A stretch of DNA of 63,482 nt, the filler included, from Reticulomyxa filosa (taxonomy: Eukaryota; Protista; Foraminifera), in assembly GCA_000512085.1 (NCBI GenBank). It is 12 parts of 12 records of this genome, joined end to end, with 100 filler letters (N's around TTAATTAATTAA, not from the genome) between each part and the next. Parts side by side here need not be neighbours in the genome. Positions count along the whole stretch, not along the records: positions 33,457 to 43,819 come from ASPP01025306.1; positions 43,920 to 46,058 come from ASPP01002842.1; positions 46,159 to 51,001 come from ASPP01003179.1; 9 more parts are not named here. One strand, given 5' to 3'. The notes beneath the pieces were generated by a model, which saw only the letters and a list, made by a program, of their open reading frames with translations, did not search any database and was not told the origin of the DNA. The translations under genes were made by a program, and so were the position numbers. Positions 38,101-51,101 of the stretch are shown in pieces (within the stretch, counting starts at the first letter, position 1; each line of letters begins with the position of its first letter).

Positions 38101-40002
38101 TCAAAATTCCTCACGCAATTTTAGATCGTGCATTTCTTGAAGGAACTAATTTTAGTAATGCCAATCTGGACAATGTCACTTTTTATCAAGCTTGCTTAAA
38201 CAAGGCCAATTTCACAAACGCATCAATGAATGGTATTTACTTTGGAGAATATGCATATTTAGAAGGACATTTAAGTGCAGTAAGAGGAATTAAATTTTCA
38301 CCAGATGCGACAAAAATTATGTCCTATTCAGATGATAAGACCATTCGAATATGGGACGCATCATCAAGAAGGCTGCTTCATATACTGGAGGGACATTCAG
38401 ATCTTATAACTGGAGTTCAATTTTCGTCAGATTCTTCGAAGCTCGTTTCTTGTTCAAGGGACAAAACAATTCAAATGTGGAATGTAATGTCAGATCAGCA
38501 AAGTCAAGTATTGGAAGGGCACTCAAGTGGAGTAACAGCTGTCCAATTTTCACCAGATAATTCCAAAATTGTTTCTAGCTCGTTGAACGGAGATATTCGA
38601 ATTTGGGATGTATCATCTGGAAAACAAATTCAAATGTTGGAAGGACACTCACACTGTGTGAATGCAGTGCAATTTGTTTCAGATGGATCCAAGATTGTAT
38701 CATGTTCAAATGACAAAACAATTCGAATATGGGATGTGTTGACTGGAAGACAGCTTCGAATATTGGAAGGGCATGTAATGGATATACTTGGTGTAAAAAT
38801 TGTGGACAACGAATCAAAAATAATCTCTTATTCAAATGACAAGACTATTCGAATATGGGATTTGTCTTCAGACCAGTCAATAATATTGGAAGGACATTCA
38901 TATGGCATAGCAGGAATTCAAGTATCACCAGATGGTTCAAAAATTTTGTCATATTCAGATGATAAAACAATTCGAATATGGGACATTTTTTCTGGAAAAC
39001 AAATCCAAGTATTAGAAGGGCATTCACACATTGTAGGAACAGCACAATTCTCATCGGATGGCTCCAGGATTGTATCTGGCTCACGTGATAAGACAATTCG
39101 AATATGGGATGTGCTGTCAGGAAAACAGCTCCAAGTATTGGGAGGACATTCTTATAATGTAATTGGTGTGGAATTTTTCCCAAATGAGCCCAAAATCTTA
39201 TCGTGCTCATATGACAGGACAATTCGAATATGGATGTCCCTCTTGATAGACAAATTCAGTTAACAGAAGGACACATGGATAGTATAAACAAGGTTCAATT
39301 TTCACCAGATGGCTCCAAAGTTGTATCAGGATCGTGGGATAAAACAGTTCGGCTGTGGGATGTACAGTCAGGAAGACAAATACAAGTATTGGAAGGACAC
39401 ACAAGTGCTATATCTGGAGTTCAATTTTCTCCAGATGGATTAAAATCGTGTCTTGCTCAAATGATTCAACTATTCGTCTTTGGGATGCAATATCAGGAAA
39501 GCCACTTCATGTGTTGCGAGGACATTCGAATTCTATTCGTTCAGCGCAATTTTCGCCGGATGGATCCAAAATTGTGTCCTATTCGTTTGACAAAACCGTT
39601 CGAATATGGGATGTATCTTCAGGACAGCAAATTCAAATACAGACAGACTATCCTGGCGATGTCGATGCGATAAAATTTTCGTCGGACAGTTCCACTATTA
39701 TTCCATATAAAGAGAACAGCATAGCACAGCATTTATCCGATGAAAAATTAATTCAAGTGACACAAGGACATGCCGGTGTTACATTTGAAATGCAGTTGTC
39801 AGCAGATGGTTCCAAAATTGTATCAAGTTCAGGTGATAGAACCATTCGGCTATATGATGCCACTGGCCTTGAAATAAGATGTATTTGGCAAGCTGGAATT
39901 CAACGTTATGGTTTATTAATGAAATGGAGTGTTTGGAAAGGCGTAAAAGGCCTGAGTCATCAACAGAAATTGCTTGTAAGACAACGCGGTGGAAGGTTTT
40001 GA
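34698..40002 (+). CDS. NLR-like STAND protein: UBA/CUE-like, Zn-binding, RelA/SpoT-like nucleotidyltransferase, NACHT, pentapeptide repeats, about 13 WD40; 3 frameshifts (possible pseudogene or sequencing errors)
   Basis: Walker A IQGKSGSGKS (36624-36647); Walker B FVFILDGFDEI; IIVTCR; PFLLRM; YQFLHKSCQEYY; AAANAITILN plus pentapeptides; GH..WD repeats at 38260-39860; terminal GLSHQQKLLVRQRGG. Frameshifts lie near 35347, 39232 and 39440. Confidence 0.88.
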
Positions 40003-40713
40003 TTTTTTCAATTTTTTTGGGTATTCATTGCGAATGAAATTAAGTATTCTTAATACTTTAGATAATTTTTGCAAAATATTCCAGCACTTGTTACACTTGA
40101 CAAATTGCAAACCGTTTCTTAATAAAATAGAATAAGTTCAAACACTTATTATTTGGTAGACATATACAATAGAATGCTAAAAAAAAGAAAATTTTGTATT
40201 TGCAGCAGAATGCAAAAAAAAAAAGCTAATATCTGTGAGGTTTGCCGACTACCACTTGACTGGTACAAAGTGTAATACGAAAATCTCACTATATGAGCAA
40301 CTTTTCAATAAGAATAAGTAAATGCAAATCAACAGAATAACAATAACCAACAAAAACAAAAGAAAAGATAGAAAGTGAGAAGTAAGTTGGTGGAGAAGTT
40401 TTTTTTAAAAAGGGACTTCAAGATTCACTTGAACCTTGACACCAATAGTAGACCTTGTCCTACACAACTAAAATGGTACACTATAGAGATAATAGATTTT
40501 TTTTATGAAGAAAAACATTTAATCTAATTTCCTTCATATCTAGTCTTTATGTTGTTTTGTTTTTTGTTCATCTTTCCTTGTTGTCAACTTTCTTTTTGTA
40601 ATATATCAATCAAATGTTATGATGGATTTGACTGGACAAATTACCAGTTGAAAAAAAGATTTTTTTTCTGTAAAAGGGAAACACTCAGGACGTAATCTTC
40701 ATAATAATTGGTA

Positions 40714-43300
40714 ATGCTGCAAGAAAGTCTGCTAGGTAAAAAATTTTTGAAAGGAGTAGGCATTGTCTTTTTGAAATCTTCCATTGCAAATGAAGCCAAA
40801 AAAAAACAACAAGAAATAACGCAGGATAGCACAAGAAAAAGCGTGAGGGGTACCATTTACGATATTACAAACGCGGTGATACATATTGCAGATTTGGTAA
40901 CCGATTTGTATATATTAGCTCAATTCCACGAAAAAAAAAGACAAAAATATTTTTCTTGGAGTTTGGCGATATTGTTACTGGCACAGTTGGCGTATTGCAT
41001 AACCTTTGTGCGAAACTATTGTTATCGATGCACATTCCTGAAAAAAGTAATGTGGCTCATACTGCTGCTCCCATTTGCGTGGCTACTACCTTTTATATTC
41101 CACTTCTTCAGCAACTATCAATCATCAATGGCCCGATATCTCCACTTTTTTGGTCTTGGTGTTTCTGTGCCTTATGGTCCTTATGTGACTGGATTGAGGA
41201 AGTGGTCACTAATTTTTTTTTTCCTCAAAAAAATTATATCAACTTAATGTATACGTCTATGTAAATGTATATGTATACGTATAAACAGGTTGAAGAGACA
41301 AGAGATGCAAGAAAATGTTGAGTAAATGGATAAAAAAAATTTTACATTTTTAAGAAATGGCAAGCGAAAACGATAATAACAATGCATATTTTTTGTTTAC
41401 AAAAAAAAAAAATCGATTCCAAAATAAAAAAGATTGGATTTGTTATTGAAGCGTTGTTTGAAGGTTTGTTGTAAAAAGTCACTTGCAAGGACATGTTCAT
41501 AGGCGATCATTATAAAAATTTTGTTTTTTGTAACTATCTAAATTTTACTTATATGTGTATATGTATGTGTGATAGCGTTACCTCAAGCAATATTGCAAAT
41601 ATCAGCGATGCTGGTCTACAACGAGGCCAATGTAATGTCTGTAGTGTCTCTATTTGTTTCTATCGTCAGTATCTCCACGAAATTGCTGTTGGTCATTGAC
41701 TTCGACTTTGACAATGAAACGTATACTCGCATTTGGTTATGGCTCTGTATCGTTACAGGTTTTTTTGTTTTTTTTTTTTTGTATACGTATGCAAATGTAA
41801 TTCTATTATACGATAAAAGAGGACGAGTATAAAAAAAAAAAGGTTATATGTTTGTTTGCATTACTTGGATGCACAAGACTTCTTTGGTGCGTTTTTTGTC
41901 GCTGCACTTGTATTGGATGCACCGACGGCGGATGGGCATACGTATAATTTGATGAGCACTTTGTTTTATTACAAATTATTTATTGTAAGCATTCCGTTAA
42001 TTTTATGGCCTCATATCAACTATCTCTTAGGCGTAGTCATTGCTTTGACTTCAGGTCTCGTGCAAGAAATTCCAATAGGTTGTTATTTCTGCATTCTTTG
42101 TTGGTGCGGTTACTGCCATGTCATCATTCGTTTTGTCGGTATGGTCGCTGCTTCGACTTTGTTATGCCACTTTCCATTTTTTTTTTTTTTTAATTTTTTG
42201 ATGTCTAGTCGTTGACTCTTCTTAATTTTTTTTTCCACTCAAAAAAAAAAAAAAAAAGAGTGGAGTTGGCACATTTTACCATTCTCGCAATGCTCGTTCA
42301 ATTTGTATTAACAAAGCGTATTGCTCACTGTTATACATTTACACACATATATGTATATGTATTTGAATGCAATGTAAACAAATTTTTTTTTTGTTTTAAA
42401 AAAAAAAGCTAAGGAAACAGATTGGGATCAAGTTTTACAAGTGCTGTCATTTTTGCAAGAGGGACCTGATATAGGTCTACGTATGGCATGTGCAAACCAC
42501 GAATTTGGATATTTGAAGAGTTATCTGAATAAAGAGGTCGAAACCTTGTATGCTCACGTCACGTTGAAGACTTTACGTCAGGCTGGACAGTCTTCGTTTG
42601 CAAGAGGTAACTTTTTCTTTTGTTTTACTTGTAACATGTAATTTCGCTCATTTTTTTTTTTGAATGATAACTAATGTGTATGTACATATGTATATAAGTA
42701 CTTTTGCTTGAGTATATGGAACCGTGGAACCATGTGAAACAGAATATGCTTCCTCATTTGGCACAAGGAAGAAATATATGGACATGGAATGACCTTTTTG
42801 TTACTTTTTCTACATTTGGATTGACATTTATATTGCTTCCTCTGTATTCTCTGTCTCGTTTCTTAACTGTGCTTTTTCCTGTCATTTTTGCTTTATACGT
42901 ATACCACTTTGATTTATGGGCGCACGTTGGCACGTTGCAAATTGTTTTGACTTGCGTCTATTTCGCTTTGCAACTCATTTGCTGTGTCTTATTCATTCCT
43001 GTCTTCCGAATTCATTATCTTCTGTGGTTAAACTTTTTTTTTAGTAACACTAAAAAAAAGCAATTTATGTTTCAAGTGTTGTGTTGTTTTGGATGAAGGC
43101 ACATATCCCCTGGAGTGAAATTGATTACTCCCGATTGGAGTCGGTTGCCTCGAATTAAAAAAAGATATGATTTAGTCAAAGCTTGGCCTGTGCGAGAACA
43201 ATTGTTGAATGATATTTTTGGAAGTGATGTAACCCATGTTATTAACAGTTATTTGCCAAAGATTGATTTTGGGGATGACAATAGCCAGAAGAAAATATAA
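40714..43300 (+). CDS. XK-related (Xkr scramblase family) multi-pass membrane protein, multi-exon
   Basis: 'IHIADLVTDLYILAQF..KYFSWSLAILLLAQL' and the spliced 'IGFVIEALFE|ALPQAILQ...SLFVSIVSISTK' match the XK-family D..TD and E...E..PQ..LQ motifs. Confidence 0.7.
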
Positions 43301-43919
43301 ATTTTTTTATGATTACTTCAACCGCTTGATTAAAAGAATAAGTAACCTTTTTATTCAATAGCAAGCAGCTCCCCCTTTTTTTTTGTAATGACCAATATTT
43401 CTTTAATTTGTCTCGCATTAAATTTAAAAGTAAAAATAAAAAAATTCACTAATTGACTCTAGCATATAATTTGACAAAAAGCAACAATTTTAAAATATTT
43501 AAACGATATTAATGGCTGGAAAAAAGTTATTGATACTTGAAGTTGTTTTCATTCATACATTTAAAAATCATTTTTGGCTCGAAAAAAAAATTTGTTTAAG
43601 TGAAAAAAAGTCGTTGGATGATATATTATAAAAATTATTAGCTCCTTCAGACTGTGGAAGAAGAAAGCATTGGAAATCCCTCTTTTGCTAAAAAAGTAAA
43701 ATACAAGTACTTTATTTTTTCAACTAATCGGGGTCCCTTGCGCGATCATCGAGAAGTCCATTGTTCATCATTTTAAAAAAAAGAACAAACAACAAACATC
43801 CAAAAAGCGGTGATATTGANNNNNNNNNNNNNNNNNNNNNNNNNNNNNNNNNNNNNNNNNNNNTTAATTAATTAANNNNNNNNNNNNNNNNNNNNNNNNN
43901 NNNNNNNNNNNNNNNNNNN

Positions 43920-44128
43920 GCTCCAGTTACTGCCACTTTTATTGTTTGTGGCTTTGGTTGGATATATTCCAGTGCTCTCAGTTCTGCCAAATCGTCTTTT
44001 TTTTGCCAACAAAACACGTCTGTTCCAAGCAAATCTGAGCGAAAGGTTCGCTTTGAAGAAGCCAAGACACTCCATTTGGCTGAAGAATTGGCCACAAAAT
44101 AAGATAAGCGGGAGTTTGATAACATCAT
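43920..44128 (-). CDS. Probable malate dehydrogenase N-terminus with a targeting presequence, 3'-truncated
   Basis: A Ser/Arg/Leu-rich leader is followed by 'QTIKVAVTGA', the start of the MDH Rossmann motif (VAVTGAAGQI), cut by the contig end. Confidence 0.5.
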
Positions 44129-44376
44129 CAGCCTGAAAGGTTTCAACACAAGAGTTTTTTATTTATATTTTTTTTCAAAATGAAAATTTAAATGCAAGTC
44201 TTTCATATCTAAAATTTTTTGTAAATAACTTAAAGTAATAAAAACACTACTATGGCGAAATATAAAGTGTAATCAAAAGTATGAAAAAAAAAAGGTAAGA
44301 ATGATTTTAATATTTTATTTCTATGAAGGTAAAAAAAAAAACCCTTGCATCATCGAGCCTGTCATAAAAAGATAGT

Positions 44377-44751
44377 ATGTCACCATACAGATCATGTGTT
44401 ACCCCAGAAGAAATGGAAGATGAATCTATTTACGATGAGAAAGATACAAACAAAGAAAAAGAAGAGATGAAAGATACAAGCACAGAATTATCTCGAAGCT
44501 TGAAAGAAGAAAAAAATAGTGAGAACAAGCATTGGATGAAACAAGCAAATCAAAGTGTGATGAAGCAAATGTGGAAAGAAAAGAGACGATACTATGGCGA
44601 TTATCGTCTTTTTTATGGAGATGTGACAATGTTGATTGCTTGGAGACGCGTTATTGCTGTGGTGATCGCCTCTCCTATTCGACTTGCGTGTTGGTCACTA
44701 TCTCACACAAGTGACTTGAGTCGAGATAATAATTATCAAAGTGGATATTAG
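44377..44751 (+). CDS. Hypothetical protein, possibly a decayed fragment
   Basis: 124-aa ATG ORF with a charged N-terminus and no recognisable motif. Confidence 0.25.
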   Translation: MSPYRSCVTPEEMEDESIYDEKDTNKEKEEMKDTSTELSRSLKEEKNSENKHWMKQANQSVMKQMWKEKRRYYGDYRLFYGDVTMLIAWRRVIAVVIASPIRLACWSLSHTSDLSRDNNYQSGY

Positions 44752-46158
44752 TCACAAGGAAAACAATAATGGCAATGGAGCAAAAGGAAAGATGATTGTT
44801 CATCATTACGATAATATCAATCGTAAAATGCCAACAGTAACGAGAAGACTGGAGAGAGCAAATGTATCGTGTGTGTGTGTGTGTGAAGGAGCTGACAACA
44901 AAATCAAAAAGGTACATGTTTTATTGGTATATACATGTTCGATCGCAATAGAAAAAGACTTTGGAATTTGGTATGCTTTTTGGTTTGAATGAATTCACAT
45001 AGGCAAAAGTGAAGACATAGATGAAAGAGTGATCACAATAACCACTTCGCTCAATGAAATGTGTTATTACTGTCTCGGAACCAAATGGAGGGCATTTTAC
45101 ATAAATAAAAAAAAAAAAGACTGCAACAAAGAATAGATAGATAGATTGATGATGAACAATCAAAGAGACAGCAGTCAAAAATATATACCAGTGAACATGC
45201 AAGTCCAATTATTTCCAAAACGTGCAAACTGCGTAATATATTGTTGCACAAAGTGGATCACAGAAATGATCGTCAATATCATATTATTAAATGTTAGTAC
45301 TATTTCTCTTTTGCTACATAAAACAGCATATTATCATTTCGTTTTGCACGTAGTCTTATGTAAAATGATCTTACCGTACTTTTAAATGAGCATTATCCAT
45401 TGTAGGTATTGCATATGTGTTTTTGTTTTCATTGATTTGAGTAAAATATTTGAAAGATAAGAAAGTGAAGTTTGAAACATTGGTTTGGTTTGAATGGCAA
45501 TAACAAGTGTTTATACAATTATTTAAAAGAACATGCAAATTGTATGTATTTTTCGTTATGAACGCTCAAAGGGGGGGGGAGGGGGGGCCATTCTGCAATC
45601 TCAAAAAATGAATTTAAAATTAATCATGTATGAAATTTTTATCTGAATATGAAAGATTCTAAAGCTATGAAGATAATTATCATTATCCATTATTAATTTA
45701 ATTTAAAAATTAATTAATTAAATATAATTAAAATTTAATAAAAAAAAAAATAAAAAGTGGGATGAGTCAATGATGGACCAGTAATCTTGGACATATGCGA
45801 ATATTTGCCAACTATTCAAGTAAACAATGCCGTAAAAGTGTGATAGGAAACAGCGCATGGAACAAACAAGAAAATTGGAAAAGATTTATTCAAAACTGGA
45901 ACAATCGGAGCATCACGCCGTGACGGCCGTAAGTCTTGAGTGTTGTTGATTGGCCACTTTATCGAGGATTGCAAGCGATCCCACAAACGCTAAAGTGGTT
46001 GCTTGCAGACCCTCCAATTAATGGTAGACCACATTATAGTGGGGGGTGCAATGCACCANNNNNNNNNNNNNNNNNNNNNNNNNNNNNNNNNNNNNNNNNN
46101 NNTTAATTAATTAANNNNNNNNNNNNNNNNNNNNNNNNNNNNNNNNNNNNNNNNNNNN

Positions 46159-46204
<46 letters not shown>

Positions 46205-46733
46205 ATCGTAACTCATTGTCAATCACTTGTTGCAAGTCCGCCAATCTCTGTGATCGACTTTGCTTCTCTCGCAATCGAAACTCTTTTGTCATGTCCACTG
46301 CCCATTGTGGACCTCCCCACGGCGGAATGCATTGATAACATGTCTTCAAATCATTTGCGTACTCACACCCGCTCAGTAGGCGGTCGTACACGTGCAGCTT
46401 TCGACATATGTTCTCCAATCGATGCGTCCCGAGCACTCCTCGCGGGTAACCCACTGGCAGTTCTTTGCAGTCCTTTGCCAAGGGCGGCCTGCGATGGTAT
46501 GATACAAACTTTGCCACTTGCTCCTCGCTTCCTCTGTACTCGTTGCTACTTTTGTTCCCCTGCTTGCTTACACACGGCTCAATTATTCGGATCACCTTCG
46601 CTTCATTGTTCGGACCACTGTCCAAGTCGAACATCGTTGAAGACACCAAATCCAACCAGCCTATCAACAATAATACGGATAACACCAACAGTATTATTAT
46701 ATACGTCCATTTATGCTTTGATGATTTTATCAT
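46159..46733 (-). CDS. Type II membrane protein (N-terminal anchor, Cys-containing luminal domain), 3'-truncated
   Basis: KHKWTYIIILLVLSVLLLIGWL signal-anchor; the frame is open to poly-Asn at the contig end. Confidence 0.65.
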
Positions 46734-47771
46734 TTTCTTTTATATTTAAAAAAAAGACCCATTGTTTTTGTTTTTTAAAATATTTTTGGGCAAAAGACTT
46801 CTTCTTTTCAAGTGTAAATAAAAAGGTGTTTTTCATGTTTTTTATTTCGATATGTTTCATCTATTGCTTTCTTCGTTGTAATAAAACTAGTCATTGTATC
46901 CTTGTCCTGCAAACGCTTAGAAGGAAATTTGTATGGTAACGCCATACTAATTATGACTAAAGTAGGTAGTGACTTGAACCTTTTTGTTAAATAAAACTTT
47001 ACTTTCACTTTCACCAAAAGTCTTTTTCTTGTTTTTTTATTTCATGTTTGCCTTGTGTCTCGTGATCTATATTCTTATTTAATTTACTTTTATTTTATTG
47101 AAAAGCTTATTACAGTAACAACTCTTTTGTATTACATTTAAGTAATCACCTCCTATATTTGGACACGCTGTCATTGAACGAAATAAATACGTGTTGTTAA
47201 TGCAAGAACAAGTTTGGAATGATATAACAATAGATAGGTTAAGCAGAATAACAAATCATAACTATATGTTAAATATATTTTAGAGCTAGTGAAAGATAAT
47301 TGGCTGTCAAAATTATCAACAACATCGAAAACCTCAAGAATCTGTAGGAATAGTGAGGTGGATTAAGTGTAATACGAAAGGAATTTAGTTCTAAAATCAA
47401 TTTCAGTAAAAAGGATTAAATTAACAACAAATGATTACAACACAATAAGGAAAACGAGTAAAAAAACAACAAAACGAAAGCAAGTTGTGTTTGAAGAAGA
47501 TTTTAACCCACCAGGGGTCCCACCGTTCCTTTAATACTTAAAATTGCATTATAGTGACTTTCCTTACAAATCATTGTAAATGCATAAGAACAAAAGAATT
47601 CTGATAAATCTAGAAAAACATGCTTTTTCATCCGAAAATAGAAATACTATATTACAGCAGTAAAAAATATTAGTTTAAAAAGATGAAACAAAAAAATAAT
47701 AATAATAAGTTGTCAGTAATCGACAAAAAGTTACGTTTCTGTCTGCTTGCCAAATTAAAAAAAAATCTAGC

Positions 47772-49515
47772 ATGATGGTCAGTAATGTGACTTTTCTAGA
47801 AACAACTAAGAGCCTGGAAAGGGCTTCTTTGTTAGATAATTTCACGTTTAGCGTGTTTTGGTTAGTGTTGTCCTCGTTTGGGCTGTTGTTAATGATATTT
47901 CCAGTGTACGCACTAATGTATAATTTTTGGTGCGTTGAGTGTGGCGGTCGGAAACACAAACCCGGACACCGACTGGCTTTGTCGCAAGGAACAAAGATGG
48001 TAGAGACACGAGTAAAGCGTCTGCGAATGATTTCGCGCACACTAGTGAGTTTGTATGTGATGGTATCAGTAATAACAGTAGTGTGTTGGTATTTGACCGA
48101 TTTGAATTTTGCAGTGAAAACGTCGAGTTATCGGTTATATTGTCAATTGATTTTAGGAGGAGCTCAGAATGGATATATTCTTAGCAAATGTTTATTATAC
48201 GTATACTTCATTTTAAGGTAGTTATTTTTATTGTTATATTATTATATATATGTACATATACATATATATATATATATATATTCCTTCCCCCCCCCTTTTT
48301 TTTTTTAAAAAAAAAAAAACACGTATAAAAAAAAAAAAAAAGGAAGCTATGAAATATTCTTCGATACGTTGTACTCGTACAAACTCCGATGGATATTAAT
48401 GATGATAGGATTGACGATGGGACTGAGTATGCTATTGATAATACTGACATTAGAAAAAGTGAGTGTGAGGATAGCCGTAGAGGAGACAGCGTGGCATACG
48501 TACTTTTGCATAGCCAAACACCATCACGAGACCAAGCGAAAGCTGATCGAGTTTCAGAGCTTTGGAGCCCTCTTCGGCCTTGTCGACGTGCTGTTTGCAA
48601 TTGCCACGGTTTGTGGGCGGAGTCTGTGTGTATTAATTTACACTTTTTTTAACTTATTTATGAAAGTGCACTTAAAAAAAAAAAAAAAAGGCGTGGCTTT
48701 TGGTCGGCAAATTGTTCGAATTTGTTGGTGCGACAATCCGAGAACGTACTCCGACCATTGGTCTGTCTTCCATTACATTGATCATTGAAGATGGCGAGGA
48801 ACATGGCAATGGCAATAACAATAACAATAACAATAACAATAACAATAACAATAATAATAACAATAACAATAACAATAGCGATGCAAATGCGCGCAGAGAA
48901 AAACGGCAATGAAAACGAAGAAGACCTTGTAACGGCGGTAGACTTTGCGAAATCACCCAGTCTTCACACTATTCGTGGCACTCGAATCGACACGTCACGT
49001 GCGATCCCTCGGTTTCATCAAGCCACGAAAGATCAAAATGATATCCTATTCTTGGCCGTCAAACTCGTCACCTTACTCGTTGCTTCGATCCTCTCCAGTC
49101 TGACGTCCTTGATTTTCATCATCGTTTTTAAAGAAGCGGGCACTCCTCAAATCATTGATATTGTTTGCTTTTCTTTTCTTTTCTTTTTCAAACAGAAAAA
49201 AATTTATATATACATATAATATATATATATATATTATATGTATATATAAACCCCTTGTGTTTTATTGTTTGAAAAACAGTTGGTAAATATGAGCTGCTTA
49301 TGGTTTTCATTTTCATTTGGAAATCCGTATTATCGACGTGTCGTGTGTGGAGACATGATGTTGGGGTGCTGCTTCCCTTTGATCAAAACCGCTGCTTTGA
49401 CTTGGGTGTGCTGTCCTGAACAGCGTCATCGCGTACACCCCATCCATTTGCAGTTGGCCAGTAACAGTAATAACAATAGCAATACCAGTCCTGCTTACAA
49501 TAATGCTATGAACAA

Positions 49516-49563
<48 letters not shown>

Positions 49564-49573
49564 TAATAATAAC

Positions 49574-49614
<41 letters not shown>

Positions 49615-49981
49615 TAATTATAATGATAATTATAATAATATTAGTAATAGCAACTTCAATTTTAATAGCATAATGCAATCGTCGGAAAAAAAATGCTTTT
49701 GTGGATGCGGATGCAATTGCATTTGCTGTGGCTCTCAATCTGTTCGAGATGAACAGTGGGTCATTTATGCTGTTGCAAAAGAAGAATATATTTTACACTG
49801 CAAACAACAACTGGCCGACATTGAGAGTCAACGTCGCAATCAAAACAACTCTTTCAATAATCGTAATATGCATACAAATGATAATGGCTGTAAAAATAAT
49901 AGAACGACCACAAGTGGCAGTCGGAAACATAGTATTGAAATGAATCTCTCTGTCACTCCTGATAATAATACCCCTCTTTAA
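47772..49981 (+). CDS. Seven-transmembrane GPCR-like protein with poly-Asn loop and tail, multi-exon
   Basis: Seven hydrophobic segments across the exons (FSVFWLVL.., LVSLYVMV.., YCQL..YILSKCLLYVYFILR, WILMMIGL.., FGALFGLVDVLFAIA, LAVKLVTLLVASILSS, IIDILVNMSCLWFSF). Cys occurs at the TM3 start and in ECL2. The frame in ICL3 (48740-48900) is unresolved. Confidence 0.7.
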
Positions 49982-51101
49982 TACCTTTGGCTATCTAAGG
50001 AGGAAGGCTTAGAAAAGTCGTTTACATGTTAATACTTTTCATTTATTATTTTTATTTTATATTCTTTTTTTTTTTTTTTTTTTTTCGCCAAGTATTATTC
50101 TCTCACAATCCGGGTATAATTAATCTATTTCTACTTTTTTTTTTTAATAAAAGATTTTACTTTTTAAGAACATATCATTGATCTTTTTAATTTCAATTAG
50201 TTTTGTCCACAATTCATACTCACATTTATTTCCTCATCTTTTTTTTTTTTCCTCACGTACTTTGAGTCCATTTAAGGTTTACGTACTTTGCTTTTTTTTT
50301 GTTCATTACACACCGAAAGGACTGTAAATTACAGAAATGGGATCTAAAGTGTCGCACTACATTCATGAGCTGTTTTCGCTTTTAAAACAGAGTAGGTTTT
50401 CCATTAATGTTAATGGAATTTGAAAAACAATATACTGGCAGCCACACAAAAGGGGGAGCAGGGAAAAAAAGTTTAATTACATGTGTTCTTATCCCCTCTG
50501 GCGTTGCTAATTTCTTGTCATTTCTTGAAGCACGAAAGTATCTCAATGGCCAGTATTGTAAGTTTCTTTTTTTATTTTCTTCGTTCGAGGCCAATGACAA
50601 AAAAAAAAAAAGGTAAGTTAACAGCAACGTACAACGACAAAGAGAAAAAAAAATGTGGATTAAATTATGACAAGTATAGAAGAAACAAGACAGGAAAGAA
50701 AAAGAGGCAATAAACACCAATGAAAAAACAGAGAGAATGCAGAAATGCAAAGAGAACATTTACGAATTGATGTGGTTTTCAAAGCAAAAAAGCCAAGAAA
50801 TGTCAGTAGACGTGGCGTCTTCGATATCCGACCGAAGTGCTGCAGACAGTTCCATTAATTGCAGTCACCAACGAAACCATTCCTTCGTTGTAACTTCCTC
50901 TGTACACAACTTAATATGACTTTACACATGCATATTTTTTTGTAAACTACGTACACTAAAAAAAAAAAAAGAATTTTTTTTTTTTTTTTTTTTTTTTTTT
51001 TNNNNNNNNNNNNNNNNNNNNNNNNNNNNNNNNNNNNNNNNNNNNTTAATTAATTAANNNNNNNNNNNNNNNNNNNNNNNNNNNNNNNNNNNNNNNNNNN
51101 N

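Noticed and set aside
46250-46939. 229-aa plus-strand ORF (also 18965..19447 and 33948..34487)
   Set aside because: These are antisense shadows of better-supported genes and run into AT-rich non-coding sequence.
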